Part shown: one piece after another, positions 22,001-36,757 of the stretch
How positions within the stretch are numbered: the first letter of the stretch is position 1
Layout of the letters: each line of letters opens with the position of its first letter
Assembly (NCBI GenBank): GCA_030141605.1
Contig: JAQGDQ010000003.1
Coordinates: 2,418,001 to 2,482,000, forward strand
DNA from: Tubiluchus corallicola
Lineage: Eukaryota > Animalia > Priapulida
Reading direction: 5' to 3'
Length of the DNA: 64,000 nt
The notes under the pieces: model-generated
Database searches by the model: none
Seen by the model: the letters and a program-made list of their open reading frames with translations, nothing else
What the model was told of the DNA's origin: nothing
Position numbers and translations under genes: made by a program

Positions 22001-25000
22001 CCCAACATAGCAAATTTTAACTTAAAAATTAACTTATCTTACCTTAAATTTAAAGGAAATCACTTATAGTTACATTTACAGCATTATGTCATGAGTCTAT
22101 GATAATTTAATTATAAAAACATTACCATCACGAGCGGTAAACCTCTAATACAGCCTAACCAGAGGAGAAATTCAGATTTAATGCTATCTAAATAATACTA
22201 AATATGAACCTCTGCGACGTTATCTTGTATCCATTAAATTCAGTAGATTTCATATTACGTAATACTAGATCTTTGTCGTCACGAGTGATATAATCACTGT
22301 TTTCTCGGGAACACTACTAATGGCAATCAATGCTGAAACAGCTGAACAGCTTTCCCGCATTTACACAACTATGCCATCAACTTGACTTACTCAATGATTT
22401 CCTAAATGTGACACAGCGAATCTGATACAATCTTTGCAATTGTCGCTAAAATTCGATACCAGCATTTCACGGCATCGAGGAGACAAATCTTTAGCGACAA
22501 TAAACACGTAAAAATTGCGCGTAAAGAGTCGGCAGCCTTGGTTTGGCAATAAAAATCAGTGGGTGTTAAATACCAGTCACCTGCAGAACCACTCTCAGTC
22601 CAAGACTTTAGTGGGTCATGTGACAAATAACAACACCACTTGAAAAGATTAAAGAACAAGCTTCCCGTTAACACAGTGTGGTACTTGTGACTTGTCGATG
22701 TTTAAAAAATGTACTGATTATATATTTAGGTGTTTTTCGCATCTTGGCCAAATGTTAGCCGAGCAGCAAAAAAACATGCGCTCGTATAATGAACTTACAA
22801 AGTGCATTATAATATGATAAGCATTTTTACCTACCTGGATACGTTGTAAATATCTGAGTCTGTTTTCTTAAAAATACTTGCAAACCCACTTCCTGTGAAC
22901 TTAAATCGACGTTCAGGAAATCTTGGAACAACGTTGAAATTCAAAACTATTAGTAACAGCACTATTAAGTACTAACTTTTTAACTTTTACCTGTCGCTGT
23001 ACTTTAAGCAGATGAGACAACAGATAGTCACAAAATAGTAAACCGTTTCCTTCTGCAAGAAATCATAAAGATACATTTCAAATTATTATGGCGCAACTAG
23101 CAATGCAAAAACAAAACTATCCGAGAGAAAATTGCGCTCGCATTCAATCGAAAGAAACGTTTTCAGCGATTATCATAATAAAGTCGAAGTACATACAGGT
23201 AAAATTTATAGTCGGAAACTGTTCCAAGTTTACTGCACGTTTCAACACGTTCCAAGTTTACTGCTTGGTGAAATAAATAATAAATGGCACTAAACTTTGA
23301 TTCATTGTTTAGGCGTCAGTCGTCAAAGTTGTAAAGTCATTTTTCATGGCAACAGCCATATTAAATAAGAGCCCACACGGAATAATCTGGAAAACATGAA
23401 AAAATATGGCAACATAGTTGAACTGCTCGCAAAAATATAACGAATATATTTGGCCAAAAATATTAAGGTTCAGTTGCAAACAATTTTCAATTTTCGCTTA
23501 AACACTACTTAAGTAAATCGACAGAGAATGTAACTTAAAGCATCAACTTGTTAAGCATCATCGTCACCGGTAACTATGACAACGGCTGGATAACGAAATG
23601 AACCACTAATGACGAAAGTAAAAGCAGGAATAGCGACAACAATAGCAACAACCGCATAGCGACATTTGACGTTAAACATGTTGGCCTATCGCTCTGCCCC
23701 CGCTGTAACGTAAGCACACTCGGCAGCATTCAGGACAACAGCTCACGCAGGACAACTGTCAAAGCTAAACTAAACAAAATAGCATGACAGTCACATCTAA
23801 TGTCTAATAAGCAGATAAACTGATTGCACTTTTTCATAAACACAAATTTGCAGAGCAGCAGCTATTTTTTACACGAAATTAACACTTCAAGTAGCCAAAA
23901 AATGACTTCAATTTAAACAAAATGCAGAGACGAAGTATAATAAAGAAACTAAGCCAGTTAGCCTTGGTTTACAATAAATGAGCAACAAAAATATTAAGTC
24001 TCTTTTGCCTTTAAACATACGAACAGCAAGTCTGCGATGTATTTTTCTATATTAACTGCTCATGTGCTCGTCTGCAAGATTTATTCAGTTTTTGTATTTT
24101 TCCGTTTGTCAGGCTACGGAAATGGAATACATTTGACTGTTCCATTCCACAGAAGACCCTTATATTGAATGCCCGAGTCTCATAAGTGCCAATGGCATCT
24201 TTTAACCACGATTATAACCAGAAAAATAGCGTAAAATTAGCTAATATTACATTGATGTATAATATAAATTTTCACCGCATTTGACTGTGAAGATCTCATT
24301 AGGGTTTACAAAAATATGGCCAGAAAAGAAAACATTTTGTTTTGTCCTTATTTAAAGTTTATCAAATAGTTGTTTTTATCTAACTTGCAAAGCCATAAGC
24401 TAAATTAAACTGCGTATTTTCTTGATTGCAAAATGGTTTAATCAGCAATTCATAGACGTAAACGTTGCGCATTTCTTCCTATAAACGAAATTAGCCTACA
24501 TAGTTCCACTAATTCATTTGTAATTTCAATTGACAATAAGGAAATCTAGAACCAGGCCAATATTTTCCTAACTATTGAAAAGTTGGGCATTTTTCATAAC
24601 AGCATTAGACGTAGCTGTAGCTAAATGTCCCGAACGTACGTTACGTACCTGCATTAAATAAGCTCTGAGGGGGTGCGAAATAACTTGCACGCTGATTGGG
24701 CAGTCAACGAAAATAATTGACATTATGTTAGAGGTTACTTGCAACAGCAGCAGCAGCAATGACGCAAGCATGCTATTTGCATGATTTTATTGTGTAGTAA
24801 TGACGTTGATATTACCTATAAAGTAGTGGCTAAGTGAAACTTCTGCATGCACAAAGTCACCTGAGCTCAAGATTCTCGAAATTCGTAACGAAATCGATAA
24901 ACCCACATTGGTGCAACAAGTACAGAGTTTAAGGTAAATCAGCAAATCAACCACAAGTGCTCCTAATTGATAATGAAATCAGAAAAATTGTAGGACGCAA

Positions 25001-28000
25001 TGTGTTCGCAGCTGCTGCAATGTAAAGGTCCGCTCGAATCTTTGGGGTTGCGAACCTGCAACAGGAGCATTTTGCGGTTAATGATCTTGTACTTGCGATT
25101 GAACAGAAACTGGCTCATACGGTTTTGAGACTATAGCAACATCTTCTTGACAGCATCATATTCGATTACACAGTAGCAACATCGTACACCCCGCAACGCA
25201 CGTGGATCAAAATTACATACCACTTCCCCCACTAAATGCTACTTTTTTTTCTGAATCAAGAAGAAAAAACCTCACTGGAAGCTTTCTAATACTCCATCAC
25301 GTAAAGTGAAGAGGCCTGAAGAATTTTCAGCAATGATCAATTCTTAGCACAGGAATTGTCGTATTATGGAAGCGTACTTTAAGCACAAAACTTTAGATGA
25401 TCACAGTAGATGAGGATTATCGCACTCCACTACCACTTATGATTACATTCATTAAAGAAGCGAAAATAATGGCGCTTTAACCTTTGCGCCCTAATTGACA
25501 AGTTGGTACTCATCTTTCCACTGATCAAATTTGAACAAGAATGGGCGAGTTTATTCCGCAGAATTTGGAATTAATTTTCCAACTTCTGATTTCCCAGAAG
25601 TCCCGTCATCCACAAACAGTATTCGACAGGAACGTTCTAGGATAAAAGCCGTAGGTCTCATTGTTCGCTACTGAGGTGAGAAGATAAATTATTGCTTTCA
25701 TTAATTTCTGAAGTAAACGAATGGTGAATTGCAAAAGTGGCGCAACTGTATATTATTCATCCAGGAGAAGGACTCGCAACCAGAAAGCTATTCTGCACAA
25801 GAATCTGATGTTCGCTAATTAGGTCTAATTGAACCTAATAGGTTTAAAATCACTTGTACTACTCTCAAGTTCCATGCTCTATTACCTGATGTTAGAAAGA
25901 AAGTTTCATTCTAAGGAAGCAAGAGATGGACTGCTTTATAATTTATGCAAGTCGTTGAATAGATGAGAGAGCACCAGCCTAGCAAGACTGCTGCAAGGTT
26001 ACTGCGCGTCAACAATAAACAACGATTATGGAGCTATGACACACGTTCAAGCCCAGCTACATTATGTCTGATTGAAGTCTCTGGGAAAGACCCCGAAGGA
26101 CTTGAAACTATTTAAAGTGATAGCACAAAGTCAAATAAGGGCTGCATGCATATTAAAATTAGTTGATTCAACTACAGTTATGTGACCAGAAATAATGACG
26201 GTCACCACCCTCACTTAGAAGGATGTAAAGATGAGCTAAAAATATGATAATTATTCAACGTTAGTCATACAATATCATTTTAATCTGCGAAATAATTATT
26301 ATGATCGTCGTCGCCGTCATGGACTCACTGCCGTCATACATGTACGCTATTTACAAGTTAGATTTGTCTAGAACGTTCATACATCTATAACAGTATTGGC
26401 GAATGCTATTCAGAAAACCACTCGTTTGTTCAAAAATCTCACACAAATTGTAACTATTGTAGTAGTTTTGCCAAGCTTTTCCGCATCTGTTGAATTGTCG
26501 AGGTCACAGGTAGTGCAGTAATCTTTCATTTACCAACTCGTATTCCTCCCCTACTCACCCCTTGCGATCACCGTCCTTTACACATGAATGACGACAATGA
26601 CAAGTGCACAAAACGGCTTGGACGCTCATGCAGGATATTCTACCGGATGTAAGCTTCATTAGTGCGTCAAGAGATTTAAAATTATGTTTGTACTTCCATT
26701 CGCTTAATAAGATGGAGATATACCAGTATGTTTTAACTTTCACGAAATCTCGGCTCTCAAACGAAGCTGAACATAAGCTGTCGTTTTCATCTTTACAAAA
26801 ATAGACAAAACGCATACTTACAAAACAATGATTGAAAAGGACTGTAATCGATGCTTTTGTCGTCAAAACAGTATAGTTATGTATATTTCTTACAGGATTC
26901 TAAACATTTTATATATTTCTGACATTTTTTGTAATTTATTCCGTTCTCTTTCTGAAGGTATGAGACTGAAGATTTTCCGAATCTGCTGTCCATTAGTTTT
27001 TTAACACAAATGGAAATATAAAAACTGCTGTCATGTATATAATAATCATAAAACGGATGAGTTTGTTCACCAAAGCAGAAATAACCGACCAGAAAGACTT
27101 GCTCGCATAATCATCACAGAAAGATATTAATTTGGATCGTATAAAGAGATGAAAACCGTAACAATAACACGCCAGGGTATCGCTAATATTAAAATAAATA
27201 GCATTTAATTTGCCAGGAAATATCCCCAGCGAGTCGTAAAAGATTCGCTCTGAAATTGTGGCCAATTTTTACAAATTTACACCAAAATGTTAATCGAATT
27301 GATCTCGCTTAATAGCACTTGAGGCTAAATATGTCCGGCATAATGGCGCTCTAGGGTGCAGTAATGTTGGTAATGTTGCCTGGAAAAGCCTTTCCTTTGA
27401 CTTCTCCAATATATCTGCTGGGCTGCACAAATGAGATTAAATTTAATCGTAAGTAATGGCCAGACGAAAACTTTTTCTCTAAGTACATACATTGTATTGC
27501 TTCAAGCCTCGTAATTTATCAGTTGTTTTATTTAACCACTTCTTGATATTGAGACAGGTGCAAATCATGACGTAATTGTTGCTTACTCTCCTGTCCTGTA
27601 AGCTCAGGAGTCCTGAAAAATCTATATATGGCTTTACGAGCTTTCTTTTCTGGCACCTGGAGAGAATTATTCAATAATCGAAATGGCTTTCAAAACATTA
27701 CTTTATGTAAAGTATTATAAAAAAAAACAATTCGATCTCTGGTAACACATTCACAAGAAAGCTGTTAAATTGCGGGTAACCATGATGTTTCTGGGATAGG
27801 TTTCATGCCTTATACTCTAATGATGTTACGCAATGTCACTTATAAAATTTCATCTGGTATTAGTTACGTGTTTATGAAATCAGCATGGTGCCTAAGCATA
27901 GTATTCTTAGCAGCTCAAGACGGGAATAAACGTGAGTTTAATTGCCTCCCAAATGTAGGATTATCCGGTAAAAATATCCCACAGACGCTAGACAGTAAAC

Positions 28001-28285
28001 AAGGAAATCTGGACGAGCAATAAAGTTCAAATAGGCTTGTCCAGGGCACGATAAGCGATAAACAAAACAACGTTTTTTATAAACATTGGCAGCAAGATGG
28101 CCACACAGGAATACCAGATGATGTTGGCTAGTAAGCTTTGTATGGTTGTATTATAAAAAACTAAGATAAACTAAAATTATTGCAATCATTGTCGCTGTCA
28201 CGTTATCATCAAGTCAACAACAGCAACGGCAGCACCATATGTTCTCGATGTTAACTCATTTTTACCCTCTTTACAAACTCTAGCA

Positions 28286-28400
28286 CAGTGGTTCCCAAGC
28301 TGTTTTGGTTCACGGGCTTTGTCGACTTTTTTGGCTTTACGAAGGTGCCGCAGGCCCATTGCGAGCAAAGCGGGCTATGCATATTTTTCCCGGATTTTTC
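28286..28400 (+). mobile_element. Left end of a hAT (Charlie/Buster-like) non-autonomous element, apparently truncated
   Basis: CAGTGGTTCCCAAGCTG resembles the Charlie/Buster TIR and is preceded by ctctagca, which resembles their NTCTAGAN target. No matching right TIR seen. Confidence 0.55.
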
Positions 28401-30111
28401 CAAGCATGATATAAAGAACAAGGAACGAAAATGCTACCAGAATAAAATTTTCATTGGAATAACATTTTGTTTTATATATCGAACCTTCTCCTAATTCGCT
28501 CAAATTCTTTTATTATGCTGTACGTCTCACCCGGCAAGTGTCTCCAACTATGGTCGGACTTCAAAAGGAATTTATTACCAGGTTTTATCGCCAAGCTAAT
28601 CAAGTGATCACCTTGGACTAGCAAGAGAAGGAAAAATATTCAGCGCGTTGGACAACTCTACCCTGATTACGACCCCAGTAAGTAATATAAATGTCCCTTG
28701 AGAATTGAAACCATTATTTGTCGGATTCCAATTAATTAATGGATTATATAGTACAGCATGCATTTAAGCAGAGTTAAAACGTCAGATCGATAAGAACCGT
28801 GACAATCCACGCTAATGGTAATTATTTAACAAGTTCATTGTAACGTAACGATTTTTACTTCTGCAGATGACGCCTTGCGCAAAGAAGCCTTTGCCTATGT
28901 CACCCGGAAACAAACAGACTATAATGGACAGGTTGAAAGTGTTCAATGGCAGTTAATGAAACGCAGAATGATATTCATGAAAGAATGTCTCCATGAATCT
29001 GCCTTAATCTACTCAAGCAATCTGCCCGATTTACTTCATTGGGTATCAAAGAAGCAGAAAATCCAATTTATTTCGTATCATGTCTATTGGAGTCTGTCAG
29101 AAGAGAGCGTCATGTGAACAGCCAACTGTAATCCCGTAATGCATGATGAAAATACCCGAAGGCTTTGTTCCAACGGGCAAACTCCGCCGAAGTGTGTAGA
29201 TAGTTTTTTATCAAAAGCAAATCCATTTGTACAACAGCTCTGACGTACTCAAATAATAACGGCCATTTTATTCGTTTTTCTTATAGGCCTAATCTTACAA
29301 AACACTTTTATAACTTTACAAAACATGTCAATTAAAAACAGTTAAATTTTTATCGGTTAACAAAACTGCAAGTAATTGGTTTGGCAATGACTTACAAATG
29401 TAGCCAGCCGTTATGTCAATAACTTAATTATTAAATTAAACCTTTCTGCTGCGGCTTAATACCTTAATCCGGAAATCAATTCCAAATTGAATTCCCAATT
29501 AAGACACTAATTAGAGTCTGAGAGAGAAGCATGCACACCGTGCAATATTAACCTGCATAGATTCATTTGCCCTATAAATCAAATCAGGACCCCGCCGATA
29601 TAAGAAAATGTGTTAAATATGGTGGGATAGAGGATAAAGGCGAGTAATATGTCTGCACACAAAATCAAGCTAGTATACAGGCCCATGTTAAAAGTAATCA
29701 TATGCCGTGATATAACTAAGGAGATTTTTTTTATGCGCGCATGACAATCAAATACAGCGAACCACACACGTGATTCCTTCTTATTTACATTCTGGATATT
29801 GCCCGTGGCGAAAAGATAAAAATAAATAGAATATAGATTTCTTTCAACATGCTTGTCGAAAAACGTTTTAGTAAAATTATATGACGAAACCATGTGGGTT
29901 GATAAATCGCCCTAGCATAAATCACATTAACGGTCTGTTTCTGAGAAGATTTTAGAGCAAGTTGTTTTTTTAGTAAATAAAATACGCATGAATTGCCGAA
30001 TAGGCGTTATAATTCATATCCAAATAATTAAAAATCAAAAAAATGTTTTCAAGGGTGAATAATAATAATAAGATTATTCAGCATCATACTAATTTCGAAT
30101 TTTGGTTTCTC

Positions 30112-30126
30112 ATCTCTCCCTCTCTC

Positions 30127-30187
<61 letters not shown>

Positions 30188-30207
30188 AGTCTTTCTCTCT
30201 GTCTGTC
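30112..30207. repeat. (CT)n microsatellite
   Basis: Directly visible. Confidence 0.97.
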
Positions 30208-33200
30208 TTTATTAAAAAGCATAAAATGTAATAAAAAGTGGACCGTAATGAATCCATGAATCCACCACCAAACTACCATGAATCCATGATAAACAAGCTG
30301 GAAACGGATGAATGCAAACCGGGCGTAAAGAAAGTCGTTCAATGTACTGATAGGCCTTATCAAGGACACCCGTTGTACTGCTTTACTGAATTTATTCCTA
30401 TAACAAGGCGTCACCATAACAATACCAAAATAAGGACCCAACTTTTAGTGTGATACATTGTCATGCGTTGACGTGGCTGCAACGGTCCCACCTGCAATAG
30501 TTTAAACTCCCATTAATAATAATAATTTCCAGACCAGCCTGACAAGGCTGACCTGTCTGAATTCAGTTCATATACTGATCATTTTTTCAGGAGAAAAGCT
30601 CGAAACTTTATATAAAATGGATCAATTGAAGCGATAAGTAACTTTGCTCCTGGGGGATTTTAAGGCAGATGTGAGAACTCGAATCTTGTCAGAACTGAAA
30701 GCAAAATGACGAGACATGTGTAACACGGTCGAGTCACAATAATTGTCCTTGACAAAACCTGTAAGATACGAAGCAAAAACATCGAAATTTTCTTCCGTGG
30801 TTATTATGTGAAGGATGATTCTGAATAAATCAGTCGTTGTAAGCAAACTCAAGAGAAAATTTTATTAGCGGACTAGTGGCAGAGCATAGTAAATTTGCTC
30901 GCCAGAGTTTTTGTGAAATAGTTCCTTTGCGAGTGTGTTTGAGTGACCTTAATTGAAAAACGTTCTGAAAGCACACAGGCACTGTTTGGTTGATAAACTT
31001 TTTCATTTATTAAAAAGCACATAAAAAGCAGGACGCATCTTTAATAAATACTTAATAGTTTTTGTATTTGAGAGATTTGTGAGTGCTTCTATTTTTTTCA
31101 CTTACTTCGGTTGTTAGGTAAAATAGTCTAAAGCGAAGAAACGTTTTTAAAGATTTATGCCCGCTTAAATAACTGGGATCTGTCATTCACCACCGATCGT
31201 GTAATTTATAAACGCTTCCGATGTAATACCCAGGGGTTTATAACAGTCTGTTTAACAAGACATGTCACATGTGGTGAAATATCATATATAGTTGATGTCT
31301 TCTAGAACACAATTAGCATTGAGAGACTTGTACAGCAGAGTCAACGGTTAATTGGGGTGACCATGATTGACATGGACATTCTTTTATTGCTGAATCCTGA
31401 ATGCAATGCAAGGGAGTATAATTTACAGAGTGAACGCGATACGCAGTACATGCAGCACGCACAGACTACGGAGTATCAATCGTTTAAACTAAACCATAGG
31501 GCACAGTCCTCTTTCTAGACTCATACCCCCGTAATTGAACCATGGAATACATGAATCATTGCCATAAATTACCTCAAACTTAACATGGGCCCTATTATGG
31601 ATTTTTCTTCTTTAGCGATTAAAAAATAAATAATAAATACTAAAACACTTGCTTAGTAACTAGCTCTCGATAACTATGACCCCATGTCTATATGGAGTCC
31701 GAGTTTCCACGTTTGTGGGATGAGAGAAGCTCTCGGCATTAGCTATCATCTTTGAAAACATTTGTCATGCTGGGAGGGTAATGATCATCACAAGTATTTA
31801 CTTACCTAAGACAAATATAATAAATAATGTTAAGCGATGGACACTAACCGCCTTGGGCTAATTAGGGCATTTCAATGACAGAGTAGCCTTTAAACTACGT
31901 GGTGGTTTCATAATATTGATGAATTGATGATGCGGCGCACTCAGAGAACTAGTCAGGTGTGGCAGTTTGTATGAAATTCTAGGCTTCTTTTGTGTCAAGG
32001 CTTTTGCAGAATTCCCGTTATTTTTGAGGGTACTGGTAACTGTACAAGTTAGAGGTACAAGTTGTTCAGAGTTGCCAGTGCAGTTATTGAAATTATAATA
32101 GCACAGTTTTTAGTGTTACTTATACCAAGGACTGTTATGTAGGCAGATAAATTAGTCGTGCCTAATTATACTATGAATATTCGCAAGCACTGGCGTACAA
32201 AACCCAAGTACATGGACATATAATATTAAGTTGCTTAGGTGTACTTTTCAATTCAAATTGCTTGGCAGATTCTGATTAAAGTGTCTCTGTCAGTGAAATA
32301 CTTATACATGGTTCCTTCAAGCAAAACTATGTACAAAAGTTAATTTGTTTCTTATTACAAGCCAACTTTTTCTTGTTAATTGTAGAAAACATGCATAATA
32401 GCAAAGATGCATCAATAAAACAAACTCTTTTCTATTCTGAATCATTCACGCATGCACCTGTGATGAACCATTGCAAAGAGCATGTGACTGAAGTCTGCAG
32501 AGCGCGACGCATCCCTAAAAGCAGTGTGTCACCCTAGGGATTCCCCTCTTACAATTTCTCGCCGCCCTTTTAAACAAGTGGTGATGTGAGTTGTCACACC
32601 GCCCCTCGGGAGCTACGTTAAGCAAAACTCTTTAAATTAGACGCCGCGGTAAACCCTTAATACAGCGGAAAAACCATTCTCCCCGTCCACATCAATATTA
32701 CTCCAGCGAGCTCATTCGTTCTAATATGTTGTGACAGGAAAAGCTGTTTCTATGCTTCAACAACACATTCTCAATTCATGCTTAATGGCTAGTATTTCCA
32801 GTTTAATCAAATAAATTTACATCATATATTGATTAACTGCGTAAACAGCTTGTCTATGGTACGATTTCAATCCACAAATAAAGTGGCTTGTTGGTAAAAT
32901 ATGATCCTTGAGATCCTTGATATAATCGCGAGAGAATTCGACGCAGTTTGACAGTAAAAACCGCCATTTTTATGCAGCCAGTTCATCAAAACATTGACCG
33001 TTTGTAGATGTAATTTCAATTTGTAAGTTTTATCTGTCAAAAGTTGCCTGACGGGATGGGAGCACAAATTACAAAACGCCGCTTCCCTGTTAACACGTTC
33101 TTTTAGAAGCGTCGTTCCTGACGTCCAGCTGTTTTGTTTGGAGACAATTTATTGGTAAACGATTCCTACAGGTTTGTTCTAGACATCTCCAAATTCTAAT

Positions 33201-36200
33201 GCGAATTCTGAAAAAGCTGTGCAGCAGCTGAAGCCAAAATTATCGTACTTAGTCTACATGGGTATTCCTAAAATAATGTAACAATTAATACACTTTAATA
33301 ACTAATTTTGTTAAATTAGGCAACATAATAAAAGGTCGACTCTATTCATTTATGAGTAAGGAATATAGATACTATTTTTGGATAACAAAAACCAAAACTC
33401 AAGTTTGTAGGGAAACTAGCGATTTTATATACATTAGCTTGATTGTGTGTTCATGTTAATCTATAGGCTTAGTATCTCCTGTCCCCTTAGGTACTCCGTA
33501 AGCTCTTATCTAATCATATAAATAATGACAAGCTGTTTGCCACCATAAATATTGTATTAGATACGACTAATATAAATATGTTACGCAAAGGTGATACATG
33601 GACCTTAGTCAAACAAGCATGAACTACAATACTCATGGTTATATATTATACATAGACGTAATATAAATACAATATTCTCTTCACGCTGAAGTGCTAATTA
33701 GGTTTCAAGTTATGATTAAGTCATAAATCACCGATTACAGAGCAAATTAACTGGCATGAGTTTTCTTATTTCAAGGATGGATAAGGCTATCTTATATTTA
33801 AAAGCATAAGTCAAAGATCTTCAAAAATAAGTGACAATTATGATCATAGCTACAACCTTAATTAGTGTCAAAAAACATGCATATGCTTAAATATTTATAT
33901 TTATAGACATAAACATTTTTAAAACAAGTTAAGTTTAAAACGTGTTTCCTACGTCGCTTACTTGTTTTTCTACAAACAAAAAATCAGGCCCAAAGACAAA
34001 CGTGTTTCAGATTCCCTTCCTCTGAATATTTAAGTACTATTTCTTGGGTACGATTTTGTTGAGATGTTGGTACGCTTGAATAATAGTTCTTCAGACTACA
34101 TGCAGAAAAGTGATTGATGAATGATGAATGGCCTTGCATCTTTTCAAAGCACAGTAATTTGGCTGTAAAATCGCTGTAGTTTTTGAGATTAACGGTGTTT
34201 TGTGATCCGAGAGCTTTGAAAATATATCCTGGATATGCTTACATTTTAATGCGAAACACAATTTGAAATTAGGGTGACCTTTTCTGACCACAAAATGACT
34301 GTTGTTTTTTCTCCGTCAGTTATATACTCATTACTTTAATTCCATTGCAAACGAAACAGGGCATTAATAAAAGAATGATTAAGTGACGAGACGGATTAGT
34401 CAAAAATTATTACAGTAATTTCTATTCTAAATCTCCTAATCATATGCATCATATCACTGTGCAACCCTTGTCTCTTGTTCGTTTCATTATGAGCGCCATA
34501 AATGTCAATTTCGTACCTAATGCTAGGAGGAAGTTTCAATAACCACAGCTAGTCATTTGAAGTCAGTACGACTGTGATTATAATCAGTGAAATATCGAAG
34601 CTAATCAGCTTACATACGAATAATCCCACTTCATTTTCTCTTCCAGACCTGAAGCGCACAATTTTTGAGTCAAATCAATACACAGTTTTCATCCATCTAT
34701 CCAAATTTTCGCTTCATGATTCAGAAAAATCACGATATATGAATCCGGCCGTAAAATTCAGCCTTTACATCGCCAAAGGTGCGCTAATGCAAGACGACTA
34801 CAGTAGGAGCAATAAAAGCTTTACAAGCGGACAATTTAAACAAATGCCTTGTCGTTTTCTAGTGTTAGGAATTGATGCCCACGAGAAAAGAGAGGAAGAA
34901 AACTGTTGAAAGGTAAAAGCTGAGCAGTGGTAGCGCGTATACATTCTCACGTGGTCAAACTGGCTTAAAGACGCATCCAATAGCAAAATATTAATCCAAA
35001 GTCCCAACTCTTTCTAGAATCGTTTGCATTACTTTTAACTCATTCGTCCATCAAATCTCTTTAGTGCTGTTTTGAATGCACGTTTTCGAGCCATTTTGCC
35101 AGCCTTTCAACTTGCATAATTATCAAATTCATTTTCTTTATCGTCGAAATGCACTAAACAAAAATATGCTGTTTGTTGTACAAACTGGTTTTGCCTTATC
35201 TTTCTTTACTCGTTCAGACAATCTTTCACATACACGGCAAAATATTTACAAATTATAAACAGGAAGGTGGAAATACTACCAGTAACACTTATAGCGGAAT
35301 GCTACGCAAGCATTCATATGATAATTTGAGCAAATGCATACAGTTATTAAAAAATCACTTTTCGCGAGAACACTTCGATTAACCAAAAATCATTGGGAGC
35401 CAATTTTGCATAATTATTTTAAACCTGTTTCTGCGTAGAAAATTTCTTAAATCAACAGAGATCCACAGGATGGCTATATGGAAGAAACTGTTGTAGTGCA
35501 GTAGAAAGGAAGTTTGAATCCAATTTGCACTCCTACGAACAGCAAAAGGGTTTTCAAGTTTACCTCTAAGTAGATGCGATACGTCACACAATTGGCTACA
35601 TGAAATCCGATTACAAATAATCCTTGGTTAAAACCTTCTTTGATGCAAGAGAGAGCACAAGCCGCTGCATATGATAAAAGGCGTCCCTTAGGAAACTCGG
35701 TAATACGAAATAAGGCTCACTTTTCGGGTATATGGAAAAGCGGGCGTAAAGTATAAAAAACTTTAAAGCAGACATTTCAAAAACAACTTCTTAACTTTAT
35801 TATATGAGATTTCATTTAGACGACTGTACAGGGTGGATAGTAGACGTGCTATAGTTCGCTTTACTACAACTTGATATAACCCTTCAACTTAACAGACACT
35901 TTTGAGAATAATATTTATAATTTAATGGATTTAAATTTTACCCTATGCATGCACAACGTACTAATATTATGACGTGTGTTATTAAAAGGCAGCTTTGATA
36001 AGTTTGATCTCACAACAGCTACTTACAATGATTAACTGCATCTGTATCAAAGCATGCCGTATATGCTAACAACATGACATTGTATAATGCGCTAATTATT
36101 CATGGAAACCACATAATCAAGATGTACCATATAAATTAAGCAGCAGTTTTTATGGGAAAGTTTGACAAAATTCGCATAAAAAATTGATTTACCTCACGTA

Positions 36201-36648
36201 TAACTTGTAAAACTTACACAATTTTTTGGAAATAATTTTTATTACGATTATTTTCGATACGCCTGCTATAGTCGCCATCTTTTCTTTATCGGTTATAGTC
36301 CAAGTACAAAATTAAAATTGTGGATGCAGTAAGACAAACAAACAAAAAGTTGTTATCTGTGTAAAAACCACTGCTGTTGTCTTAAATGATCAAAACAACA
36401 AACCCTTACTTCATTTTTATGGAGCAATGCAGTGTGCGAAATAAAAAAATCTTTGACGGATGCATAACCTTACTTGCATTTTACACATGAGGCCTATTTC
36501 AAAGCTGCCTCATCTACGATTAAAAACGATCGTGTGTGATAGTCAGATGCTATTATGTAAAGGATCGTTAATTTCAGCAGAATTTACTAGTCAGTTTTAA
36601 AATTAAGAAATATACTACTGTGCACATTTTTGTTTTTTGTCTCTACAG

Positions 36649-36757
36649 GCAGAGTTAGTTTATATGGTGTTACGGGGGCGACGAAATGAAATTGACTCCT
36701 CCGTACGAAGCTACGTCTGTGGACAACCAGCATAGTGCTCGATGGATTAGATTTCTG
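36649..36757 (+). other. Orphan exon-like segment (5'UTR plus start exon, or lncRNA exon)
   Basis: Long polypyrimidine acceptor tttttgttttttgtctctacag and donor CTG|GTGAGT. ATG at 36686 opens 24 codons (MKLTPPYEATSVDNQHSARWIRFL) up to the donor. Confidence 0.4.

Noticed and set aside
25250-26240. Possible decayed retroelement coding sequence
   Set aside because: Composition is suggestive, but I could not read any RT, integrase or endonuclease motif.
30043-30453. ORFs with SLSLSL/ERERER runs (also 38774-39073)
   Set aside because: Translations of (CT)n/(AG)n microsatellites.
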